The translations under genes and the position numbers were made by a program. From the NCBI GenBank assembly GCA_051362555.1, contig CM120645.1, positions 20,150,001-20,214,000 of the forward strand: a stretch of DNA of 64,000 nt. Direction: 5' to 3'. This DNA comes from Lingula anatina (taxonomy: Eukaryota > Animalia > Brachiopoda). The notes under the pieces are model-generated. The model was not told the origin of the DNA. It saw only the letters and a program-made list of their open reading frames with translations, and made no database searches. Position 1 is the stretch's first letter. Every line of letters starts with the position of its first letter. Shown here one piece after another: positions 1-10,958 of this stretch.

Positions 1-349
1 CGTAAGCCACATTGTAAGGTTAGCAAGGTTATTAGCAATATTAATAATTGGATAACAGCAACAATGGCCAGTGGCATGATCTACATTTCCCTCAATGCAT
101 AAACAGCAACAATAAATAGCACTGTGACTTGCGATAATGTTAGACCTTACTCTGTAACATTTTTGCTGCAGTTTACATGTAGACATACCGTGTAAATATA
201 CATGTAGCACAGGCAAACTGCAGCAGCTGCACAAGCAGACACGGGCTCAAACAGGGGCGACGATTCGGCGACCGGTGTAACACCAAACCAAGAAAATTCC
301 ATCAAATGAAATAGCAAAACAGTTCAAATGCGAATTCAGCGATATTTAC

Positions 350-440
350 CTGTCTTGGTTTCTTTATCTGAGATCGACGTCTCGACATTTAGAAGTAAAA
401 GTATCGCCGCCGCTCCGACGATCCTCAGCAGCGTGTCCAT
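350..440 (-). CDS. First coding exon of an unidentified secreted/membrane protein; gene continues off the left edge
   Basis: ATG at 440 gives MDTLLRIVGAAAILLLLNVETSISDKETKT (signal-peptide-like), then a phase-1 donor AG|GTAAAT at 349. CpG-rich context with CCAAT and ETS-like (CCGGAA) motifs upstream. Confidence 0.6.
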
Positions 441-854
441 CGCTTCACACCGGAAATGCTCTTTTTCTAAACTTCTTTGTCAAAAGAGTGGCGGTAACCA
501 ATGACGCCATGTGAGATTAACAGAGCAAGTAGGCGCAGGGAACTCGGCTGAGTACTAGAAAAATTCAGGAATGATGTGACCAAAGTTATTGGGATCATTT
601 GACACGCAGTTGAATATTTACATCTGACATAGATGGAAAGTTGAGGACACACACTTTATTTTCACGTGGAGTTAAAGGTTATTTCACATCGAGTACGACC
701 ACACTTTCGAGCCCGACCAACAGTATAACAGAACATAAATATTCGGAATATAATTGAAAATTGTGCGAAATGAGTAAAGCAATTTTCGAGCAGAATATGA
801 TTCAGTCTCATGACAACATAAAATGTAGCTGATACAATAAAGCTGCAAAATGTG

Positions 855-1085
855 ATGGAAAATGAAAAAAAGACCGATTCTACGGGTGGTAGGCCTACAA
901 GGGACACAGGTGACACGACCCTCAGGGACACACATTATCTTCAGGATCTTGCCGAATGCCTTGTTATGGCCTTAACAATATTGGTGGAACAACGTCCTCA
1001 AGACCCCATAGAAGCGTTGGGGTTGATGCTTAGGAAACACGGAATGAAACTACGGGCGGAGAGGGCACAACAAAAACTGGCACCG
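855..1085 (+). CDS. DPY30-domain (DYDC1/DYDC2-like) protein, exon 1
   Basis: DTHYLQDLAECLVMALTILVEQRPQDPIEALGLML matches the Dpy-30 motif of DYDC proteins (YL...CL..AL......RP.DPIE.L). Phase-0 donor CCG|GTACAT at 1086; the unspliced ORF stops at 1100. Confidence 0.75.
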
Positions 1086-1470
1086 GTACATACACTGTAG
1101 TATTAGTCGAATAGTGACTAGGAAATTGTTCCCTCTGGCATTATAATAGGCTGTCCCTTTTAACTTTGATATTATACATAAACATGAGAGTTAACGCACG
1201 AAAGCCCCCCCCCCCCCCCGGCCCTATGCTACTACATGTGCGCCTATGAGGTGAATATAAATATGCGAATGTTAGCAAGTACGTACCACATATACATGTA
1301 GCTACATGTAGCGCCCCCAGAACATTGCACTAGTAGCTTTGATAACAAACGAGCAGGCAAACAGATTTCTGAATCCATTTGGAAAATCATGGAAATAGTT
1401 AAATTCAGTAATAAAACTGTGATGAGGTTTAAATAAATTTTCAATCAATTGATTAATTGTTAAATTGCAG

Positions 1471-1623
1471 GTTTCGAGTGCAGCGTTTTCACAGCCCGCA
1501 GTTGTGACGTCAGCACCAGTGACTTCAACATCAGCTGTGACGTTTGCCAGTATCACCCATGAAGACTGTTTATCATGTATACAGGAAATTGGAGATTTAT
1601 TTGACGACGAAGACATAAATTAA
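1471..1623 (+). CDS. DYDC-like protein, probable exon 2
   Basis: Acceptor TTGCAG|, phase 0, open to TAA: VSSAAFSQPAVVTSAPV...GDLFDDEDIN*. AATAAA at 1955. Spliced product about 127 aa. Confidence 0.5.
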   Translation, partial: VSSAAFSQPAVVTSAPVTSTSAVTFASITHEDCLSCIQEIGDLFDDEDIN

Positions 1624-2309
1624 GGCCTGTAAAAGAAGTGATGTAGCCTAAAATTATAAAAAGGCCACAAGGCAACAAATACTTTTTATGTCCATTACAG
1701 ACAGGGTATATATACCAGTACTTGTTTCTATGAACTTTTTGTTACAATACATGTACATAAGTACAGGGCATAATGCGAATGATTCGAGGCCGACAAATGA
1801 TGAAGTAAGATGACTTGGAACAGTGAATCAAAAATGATGAAATAACAGACGACCCTTTACATCGTGTAAGAATAATTTGATAATCACAGAATACCATATG
1901 ACGTGCCATTATAGACAATTCATCGTGCACGAGTTTATGTGTGTAATGTGCAGTAATAAAACATCGTCTATCAGTTATAGTTTGTACAATGTGTTTGATG
2001 TGTTACCCTAGATTTATTCTAACTCGCGGTGAAAGCAAAATAAAAGTTATCCATTTAATTATTTGGAACGGACAGAAACAAGAGAAGACAAACAGCATCT
2101 GGCAGTTCAATATAATTTTATTATTATATTTTAACTAGAATTACTCACAAACGACATTTAATTTATGCAGCTAATGCCACCATCACCTCTATCATCATCA
2201 TTATATTCTTCATCACCGACTCGACCGTTGCTCTCCGGTATTGGAGTCTTCAGCTTAAAATTTGAGCTTTCCGCTCTGACCTGGTGTCTTCAGCAGGCCA
2301 TCAATGTAA

Positions 2310-2484
2310 GGCCACATTCAGAACAGTGTGCTAACTAGTCCGAGGGTCAAATATGGCCGACCCACTTGAATACTTCCCCACGGAGAATCTATTCAGTGTC
2401 TTTTAGCGGATAAGACGGCAAGCTTTTTATTGGGTCGCCATATTTGACCCTCAGACTAGTTAGTCCACTGTTCTGAATGCGACC
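2310..2484. mobile_element. PIF/Harbinger (Tourist-like) MITE
   Basis: About 55-bp inverted arms (GGCCACATTCAGAACAG... / ...CTGTTCTGAATGCGACC) with TAA on both flanks. Confidence 0.75.
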
Positions 2485-3774
2485 TAAGTCTTTCTTCTAA
2501 GCTCATGTCAGACATAAACACTCACCGGTCAAGTGGCCTTTACACTTGTGTCCTGACATGGCACCTTGAAACGACAAGTGTCCTTCACTTCTGAAGGTGC
2601 GATTGCAATATATGAAAGATGAGAAGCGACGATGTAGATGAAAACTTTACCAGCTCGCTGGCAAGTCGTATAATGAATTATCTTTATATCTGAAGATTTG
2701 CTATATCCCGATATACTTTGTTTGTCGATGTCGTCGTTGTTGCTGTCGATGTCGCTTCATAACTAACGCGTTTCTTTTTCCCTTAATTTTTTTTCGGTTT
2801 TCGTGTGTTCAAAATGACTTGGTTCTAAATTCAGCACAGTGGTAAAATACACTCCGGCGCCCCTTGCCTATCTTTCTACTGGGATATAACGCAGATGAAA
2901 TAAATTATATAATAAAACGCATCTTCTACTTCTAAAAAGGTTGCTCCGTACGCCTCCAATTTCAGGCTGTTTTTTTTTTCTTTTCTAGCAAATGATTATA
3001 TCACAGCCGTTAATTGTTTTAAACAAGGGTATACAAGTAGGCCCCTATATTCAAGATACAATATGCAATATGATTCATTTTGTAAACAATACTGCTGTAG
3101 ATATCCACGTCTTATGCTATTTCAATTTTATATAAATTTAGAAAAATACACCCTTTGAAATCTGATGTTCAACATTGACTTCCATGAAGATTAAAAAAAT
3201 ATGCCAAATGTAACCATATTTATACCCAATTAGCATCAGTATGTGCTCTTTGAAAGTTAAGTGTAAAAAAGCTTGTGTGTCAATCTCGTTGACTAGCTCA
3301 GTATCCCCTCATCGACGTTAATGCGCACTGGAGCATAAGGACATCAGCAGTAATAGGCAGGTAAGAATTTTCTCCATTATTACCGCTGTCATTGTCTGTA
3401 TGAAGTGAATATAAGATATGCCACTTATATATAAACATAAAGACGAAAGATCGACGTATGAAGATACTGCTCATACAGTATTTTTGGGCTTTTGTTGGCC
3501 TATTTCAGAACTTCGTACAGTACGAGATGTAAGCTTGTTTTGGTCGGCGGAATAACAGCCTATCAACAAAAATGCATGAGTAGGCCATAAAGATATAGTT
3601 ATGAGAAAAATACTTGTAAAAATATTTCTATCGGTGTCAAGGGCACTATTAATGCATTTATTCAAATGTAACTAAAATTTTGAATGCCATCGCAAAAATA
3701 AATTTATTTTGAGGAATTGTTTTACCCACTTATTGGACTTATTAGAGGGCCTGTGACGGCCCGATATTTCCGAA

Positions 3775-4002
3775 AGGCCAGATATATTAAATACGACCAG
3801 AGAAAGCCAGATAGAGAAGGCCAGATATGTCCGACAAAAAAGAACCAGATGTGTCCGACAGGCCAGATATGTCCTACGACCAGAGAAGGCCAGATATGTC
3901 CGACAAAAAAGAGCCATCTGGCTCTATTTTGTCGAACATATTTGGCCTGTCGGACACATCTGGCTCTTTTTTGTCGGACATATCTGGTCTTCACTGGTCG
4001 TA
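3775..4002. repeat. Foldback-like element built from arrays of a GGCCAGATATGTCCGACA motif
   Basis: Several tandem copies on the left arm and inverted copies on the right arm; symmetry axis near 3915; outer TACGACCAG...CTGGTCGTA. Confidence 0.75.
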
Positions 4003-4528
4003 AGACTTGCATAATCAGGGAGATGTGAATAAAGTATCCGTAAAGTATTTGATCCGTGAATTGATGATTTTATTGCACGTGAACTGTGATCACCCCCCCC
4101 CCCCCAATTGGGACCCTCTTATTAACTTCCTCGCAATTCATAAAAGTATTTAAACAAGCATCAATCAAAGTTGGTATGCATATGTATATGCTACTAGTAA
4201 AGAATATATCTGCCTAGCTTGGCTCATGCAAGATACAAGTCCACAGCATCATTACAAAGGCTCATCGATTGTTTGACAATTTTTATCGATAGCCGTGACA
4301 AAAAGGCTTACGAGTAACTTTAACCCAGCCATGGAAGCATCCGTGTACGAAGTATTGAGCATGCGAGTTGTTTGCTATTATATAAAACAAATACGCGCAT
4401 TTAAAATAAAAAATATCCAAGACTATGCTAAACTTTCGTCCGCATGCTTAATTTTATTTTTGAATGGCCGCATTGGCAAAATGACAATAATAATGGAACA
4501 AATCGAAGAGCCAAAATAAATAACCTTC

Positions 4529-4559
<31 letters not shown>

Positions 4560-5503
4560 GCTCAATAATAAAATTGAATGATAATTAATAGGAAAACAAT
4601 AGGCTTACAACAGTGAGAATTAAGGCAAGCGTACTGTAGATACTTTTATAACTTTGTTCAAATAAACTAACACCGCCACTCACAGTGCAACCCTGGATTC
4701 TAGAGAAGTCCAAACAATGGCATTTCCAGTTACGTGTAAGTTTCCGTAGGTAATGCTTTCTCTTTGGCCAAAAGAGATTCTAACGCCGCTTTTGTCTCGT
4801 TATGCGCGCGCATGCCTTACCAAGAACTGTACCGCTTACGCCGAATAGGTCGATTACATGGAAGCAATATAATAACTCAGTTTCATGAAGTCGATAACGT
4901 TGTTTGTTTATTTTGGATGTCGGTGAAGATAATAATGCACAGCCTGATGGAACTCTTACTGGTTATGATAAGAATAATAAAATCTGTTCTTTTGGTGATG
5001 TGAATAACATGGGAGAAAATTTGAAGCAATTAATGTAGGCCTATAGCCTACATGTATGTGGCCAACTAGAAGAATACAATCAATAGATCACGTTGATGGA
5101 TAATTATCAAGGGTTAGCATAAATATATTTAGTAATCAGAGGTTAAAAAAATTGCGAATGGATATTTGTACATTTTGATTATTTTTTTTTACAATACATG
5201 GCTTTTAAGAAATGGCCGTAGGCCTTCATCAAACTGACGTGAGTATATATAGTTTTTACTGACCCCTAGGTAATATAGCGGCCAGGGCCTAATTGTAGCC
5301 TAAATGTCAGGTAGGCCGTGTTTGCTGCAAACTAACAGTAGGAAGAAAACGTTCCAGCTAATTATCTATGAAAGAGCAAAATATTGATCAGCTTGGTGTA
5401 CATGGGGATACTTTAGCCCGGAGATAGTTAATTTGCACACAAGGAAAATATTATGAAGGTTACTATTAGGCCTACATTTTAGTTTACGGCCAACCTTGAT
5501 TAA

Positions 5504-5638
5504 GGCCATCATCAGATCGACTCAGTGCCCGCATTAGATGTTAATAACTATACATGTACCCTAAAAATGACCGCTAGATTTGCCAACCTAGCGGTCTTTT
5601 ATTTTTTTTAGTAAGATTTGCCCCGTCTGATGAAGGCC
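5504..5638. mobile_element. Small MITE (Harbinger-like)
   Basis: TIR GGCCATCATCAGA / TCTGATGAAGGCC; left flank TAA, right flank TTG (imperfect); internal hairpin GACCGCTAG...CTAGCGGTC. Confidence 0.5.
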
Positions 5639-6060
5639 TTGGCCCGGCGTAACGTGACAGAGACATGATAGAGAGTGCGCTTCCCATTCATTTGTACAGG
5701 TAAGCTTCGCCCGAAGTTTTGACCCACTTAGGTCAGGCTAAACCGAATCATAATAACTAAATGGAGGGCAGACTTTCTATCCAGGCTAAAATTGACCGTA
5801 AACTCACATATAAATATCACAATGTTTGCTTGTGAAAAAAAATATTTGGAGAATTCCAATAATCGATAACGAGTTCAATGTTATTTTGAGATAAGACTCC
5901 ATTTACTTGTCCTGAATGGACGTTTTACTCTCAAACTTCGGAGAGCTTTCAGTATTGTTATCATATGTACCGTAGTAGCAGGAGTGGTAGTAGAGGGCTT
6001 AGTAGGCTACTGTTAATTGTTAGTACCATAATTTGTTATGTAAGGCTTGCGTGCGGTTCC

Positions 6061-6155
6061 GAAACCGAAAGCACGCACACCCGTATTGGAATTTCCATGT
6101 ATCTGAGTTTCCAGTTAGTGCATCGACGCATATCTTAATGCACGTCATATATAAA
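6061..6155 (+). promoter_or_regulatory. Viperin proximal promoter: ISRE/IRF-E, NF-kB site, CRE half-site, TATA box
   Basis: GAAACCGAAAGC 6061-6072; GGAATTTCC 6088-6096; ACGTCA 6142-6147; TATATAAA 6148-6155. The cluster ends about 230 bp upstream of the ATG. Confidence 0.65.
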
Positions 6156-6387
6156 CAAACTTTTGAATTGTCATTCAGTGGTTCTAAATGTTTGTGTACC
6201 GTTCGGAGTAGCGTTCAAACTGACCAGAAATTTAAACTTACAGCGTTAACTTGTTTTAAGGTTCAAAAGTGGTGATAAGCTATATTTTGCAGACGCTGAT
6301 AAAAAAACATAGGCCTACAAGTTTTACGGACCGCTGCAGAGGCAATATCACCCTCATCCTCGTTCAATAGGAAATTCAGCATCCAGA

Positions 6388-6691
6388 ATGTTAGATCAAG
6401 TTTTAGAAATTTTGCTTGCGGCGGTAATCATTTACGTGGCGGCTTCATGGGTGCGCAACAAAAGCACGAAAAAAGCCGAAACCTGTCCACAGCAGGAGGT
6501 GGTGCAAGGCGAGAGGAGGACAGAGAGGCTGGCGAGCAGGGATGAATCCCTGCCCAAACCAATCAGTGTTAATTACCACTTCACGAGGCGCTGTAACTAC
6601 AGGTGTGGCTTTTGTTTTCACACCGCAAAGACGTCCTTCGTTTTGCCCATAGACGAGGCGAAGAGGGGTCTAAAACTTTTGAAGGATGCAG
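6388..6691 (+). CDS. RSAD2: Viperin (radical SAM) exon 1
   Basis: Hydrophobic N-terminus, then [30 protein letters not shown] with the CxxxCxxC motif; phase-1 donor CAG|GTACGT. Confidence 0.97.
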
Positions 6692-7366
6692 GTACGTGAT
6701 AAAAATGTTGTCATTTCAATTTTTCTTTTTTTTTATCTCGCAACTCATAGGGGCAAATCCATCGACTCCTATCGATGGGCTTCTCAAATTAAAGATTATA
6801 AGATAACAAAATTAGTTAAATGTGATCATTATGATATTGCATTTATTATCGCACGGCTTGCACACACGTGCGAAAACGCGTTAGCACACTACATGCACGA
6901 CAGATCTTTGACAGCTTGCATGGCTTAAATGTGTGTCACTGTCACTCCGGAAGATCGGGGATATTAGTAATCGCAAAGTTGAGTCGTTTCTACAATACAC
7001 CTCAAATCTGGTGTAACTCGGTATACTGCACAATATTCAAATTTTTCTTCTACGATATTGCTCTACAAATACGCACGCATTCACTTATACAATACAGGGT
7101 ATTGGACTCAAATCATAGAGGCACGCGCCCCCTGTAATTGTCTTTAAAAATATTTTGTTAAGAAGGAGTTCGACATGTCTGAGCACCAGGTTAGCCAGGA
7201 AATAGTATTCAAACTAAGCCATATCTTAAAAGAACAGCCTAGGTTTATGAAAATTTCGGCAGTTGCGGGGCCCCCAGCACCCATACTGTATGTGTCGTGA
7301 CAGGGACAGTTGACCACATGTGGCCGGGTCAAAGAAGGATACTCATGTGTATGAGGTACACTCTAC

Positions 7367-7478
7367 CAGGGCCGCAGTTTTTATTATATGGACATTTTCT
7401 CTGAGTACGGAAAATAACCGTTAATTTAACCAGAGATGTGGCTGTGAATATCTATTGAAAAACCAATCTGTGGCCCTG
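7367..7478. mobile_element. Possible short MITE
   Basis: TIR-like CAGGGCCGCAG / CTGTGGCCCTG; no target-site duplication seen. Confidence 0.35.
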
Positions 7479-8194
7479 GGAGGGGCTACGTATGTAGGCC
7501 TAACACTCGACCATAGACCCCATTAACTGTAAGGGGTTAACGTGGGTCTTCACTCACTCGACCCAACTTCCCAGCCCATTCATAGCGATTTGCAACGTAC
7601 CATATATGGCGACTGGATTTTATCGTCAGGTATGTCACATGATAAATGTATATTTTGATACTTAAAATCTTTACTGGTCCTTGCACAGTATTTGCAAATT
7701 AATTAAAGCAATAATAACTCTTCGTTTCGGCCAAAAAATGAATTTTCCTGGAGTAAACAACAATTTTCCCATACTTACCAATGGTTAATGAATCCATTTT
7801 TACATTCAAAGTTAGTCCCTGGTTTTTTTCTAAAAAGTTTGGTTTTTTGTTAAAATCTCTTAAGAGATTTTAACAGAGTATAGACATCAATGGAGGTCAC
7901 GTGGTCTAAAGACAAGTTCAGATATCAAAATACAAGCTATAACTGCTGTTTTTGTGGTAAAACAGAATATATTATATTTCTATGAGTTATTCACAAGGTT
8001 TTTATTGTGAAATATAGATCTCATACGAAGAGTTATTATCCCTTTAAGGCCTTGATTTACCTTCATGCATGGAAGAAAAAGTACAGGTGTCTTTTTTATT
8101 AATTTAAATGATAAATACCAAGAAGTTTATATATAAGTTATATATATATTGTATATAATTATATACATTGCAGTTTGAATTACATGTAGTCTTA

Positions 8195-8420
8195 GGGTGC
8201 TTTCCCAGAGATTTAGATCGATCTAAAGATTAAGTTATAGATCGACCTAACTCCCTGGGGGTTCACGCTAAATTGCAGTCAGCCGAGCGGACACCATAGT
8301 TAATTACCCCCTAACAGCGTTTAGTAGGCGGGACAGACGCTTAAGCCGGCCAAGCTGACAGTAATCTAGTGAGACTCCCCACAGGGATAGATCGATCTAA
8401 AAATCTATGGAAATGGGGTG
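8195..8420. mobile_element. Harbinger-type MITE, family A copy 1
   Basis: TTA on both flanks; subterminal TAGATCGATCTA palindromes; homologous in reverse orientation to 36135-36336 and 36798-37013. Confidence 0.8.
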
Positions 8421-9184
8421 TTACACGTATATGTGGATGATACATGCGTCTAGTTTTTATACACTTGCTGTTGTGACAGATTTTACAAAACCCTTCGGGT
8501 TGATATATCTCACTAAAATAATGACTATCAACAATTTACAAACAAGAGAAATGAAACAGGTTATTAGAGTAGGGCACATTAGGAGGTTGCGGTGGTTTAA
8601 CTGCAAATCTGTGCAAAATGCGAGGTCGAATGTGCATCCGTGTATCTGTCGCTGACAAGTGTGTGGTTTGTATTGAAATTCCGTCCTGACGGCAATATTG
8701 AAGAGTACTTAAATCTACGCGTATGTAAACATGTATGGTAAAGCAATATACCTTGTTGAACTATTTATTTTGTTTGGCCCAATTGCAAACAGAGCACTGG
8801 TATTATAGTGGAATGTATCTTTTCTATACTCCAACCACAAAAGCGAGATACTTTTGTGAAACTACTGAAATCGTCACGAGGACGACACTTTTGAAAATTT
8901 TTCATTGTGATATGCCAAGCAGATACACACATACAAAGGCAAGGCTCCTTTGTTAGGGCGAGACACCCTTGTACATAAGTGCATTTGCACTCTGCACAAG
9001 CAGACGCACTCTCACAAGGCGAGGAACCTTAGATGAGAGAACCCAACACCTGAATCTTTGAAAACCATTGCGTTGAACACAGCACTGAACTGACCACCCC
9101 CTCTCCCATCCACCTATGACCAGGATTCTGCAGCTGATGAAGGTTACTTGTCGTGAAATAAAGACAGTCGGGAAATTACAATTT

Positions 9185-9187
<3 letters not shown>

Positions 9188-9240
<53 letters not shown>

Positions 9241-9281
9241 TAAAATAAATAAAAGACATGCAATAACCCCATTCACGCTTG

Positions 9282-9315
<34 letters not shown>
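9188..9315. repeat. Two (TA)n microsatellites
   Basis: TA runs at about 9188-9236 and 9283-9315. Confidence 0.9.
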
Positions 9316-9318
<3 letters not shown>

Positions 9319-9341
9319 TGTCCCACTTAAAAAGGCCATTC

Positions 9342-9553
9342 TCCACATATCAAATATGGCGGACCCTACATGAAAGAAGACCTGACTAATCCGCTAGTGG
9401 TCTCCCCGCCTCCACACGCGGTCTGGCAATTAAACCTGGGAGCCGTGATTTTTAAATTAAAATCCGTCTAATGGCGCGTGTGGAGGCGGGGAGACCACCG
9501 GCGGATTAGACGGCTTTTCTTTCATGTAGGGTCTGCCATATTTGATCCGTGGA
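9342..9553. mobile_element. Palindromic MITE-like element
   Basis: About 75-bp inverted arms ATCAAATATGGCGGACCCTACATGAAAGAA...CCTCCACACGCG; core shared with 58780-59073. Confidence 0.75.
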
Positions 9554-9991
9554 TCAGGTGATCCTTGGACCTTCTGTTCTTCTGTTCAAAGCTTCAAAGC
9601 TTCTAACTAGGGGCGCTGTCAAATCACACGTCCCTATGGGCCCGGTCTTGGATCGTGTTATTTTGATAAGAAGTATTTTAACCAAGGCATGACATTGTGC
9701 TGACCACCCATGCAAGAATGTATATGTCAGGGAAGGCACTTGAAAGCACATGTCCGGACGAACTAACTGTTCTTTAATATAATGGATTTCACTTAAGGGA
9801 GAAGCATATACTCTCTGATCACAGGGTCTATTACAAAAATGTGATTTTGTACAGTGTTTCAGTGGGCCTCTGTAATCAGAGGGTAAAAGAAGAAATTCAA
9901 TAACTTCATTGACCCAACTGACCCAGTATTCTATGCATTTTCTGGTTAAGACAAAAATTTTAATAAATCATTACTTCTTTGTTTTCTTTAG

Positions 9992-10153
9992 GGATGGAAA
10001 AAATTAATTTCTCTGGCGGTGAGCCATTTCTAGAGAAAGGCGGGCGCTATGTTGGGGAACTGACTCGTTATTGTAAGCAAGATCTCGGCTTGCCCAGCGT
10101 TAGTATTGTCAGCAATGGGAGCCTGGTGAAGGAAAAATGGTTCGAAGATTATG
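9992..10153 (+). CDS. RSAD2: Viperin exon 2
   Basis: [14 protein letters not shown]...[21 protein letters not shown]; AG|...|GT, 162 nt, phase 1-1. Confidence 0.97.
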
Positions 10154-10156
10154 GTG

Positions 10157-10197
<41 letters not shown>

Positions 10198-10958
10198 TGC
10201 GTTGCGCAATAAAACATGTTTTGAAATCAATTAACTGTTGAAATAACCTTTTCATTGATATGTAACATGGTATGTTTTAGTTATTAAAGAAGATAGCCAT
10301 GTTGCTGTCACCTCCTGTCCTCAACCTTAAATGAACATCGCTGCTTAATTAATTCATTTGACGACATAAAAATGCATATCACATCTACCTTTAATGACAC
10401 TAAAATTACATTAAACTCCAGAGTTTAGAGACGACCTCAAAACAATATCCCTAATCCTCTAGAAAATATTTGAGAGAAAAGCTAATGAGCTGAAATTAGC
10501 CACAAAATTCCTATTCCATGTGTCACGGACAGCAACATAGCTCTTTGACCTTACTGTGAGGTCAGAGGATGATATTTATTTGACATACGAGGGATTTCGA
10601 TAATCTTTTGTTGACCTACATGTACGAGTATGACAAGTTTAGATAATAAAAGAGTTCTAGACATCTCTTTTAGATAATCTTTTGATGACCTACATATACT
10701 TAGAGTGACAAGTTGTTATAATATGATTTGGATTAACTTAATTTTTAGTCATTTCCCAATGCATAAAAAATACAGTAATTATTTCGACACAAATTTCATT
10801 TTAATCCAATATAAACGCAGTATTAACTTTAATGTTCTTCACACAACTTAAGACCACTGAAGGTGAAAAAAAAAACTTTTATGAAATGTACAAACAACAT
10901 ACACAAATTTTAATTTAGGATCCAGTTAAATTCTACGGCACGTAGAGGTTTTGGAGTA

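Noticed and set aside
3775-4002. CRISPR-like array, or the repetitive ORFs 3717-4028 and 3722-4012
   Set aside because: Eukaryotic context, no unique spacers, and the units invert; the ORFs are by-products of the repeat.
9131-9170. Hammerhead-ribozyme-like CTGATGA...GAAA (Penelope-type end)
   Set aside because: Stems II and III do not pair convincingly; at best a decayed relic.
8953-9373. ORFs with YIYI, ERER or THTH runs (also near 34540, 51669, 57783 and 63246)
   Set aside because: Translations of microsatellites.
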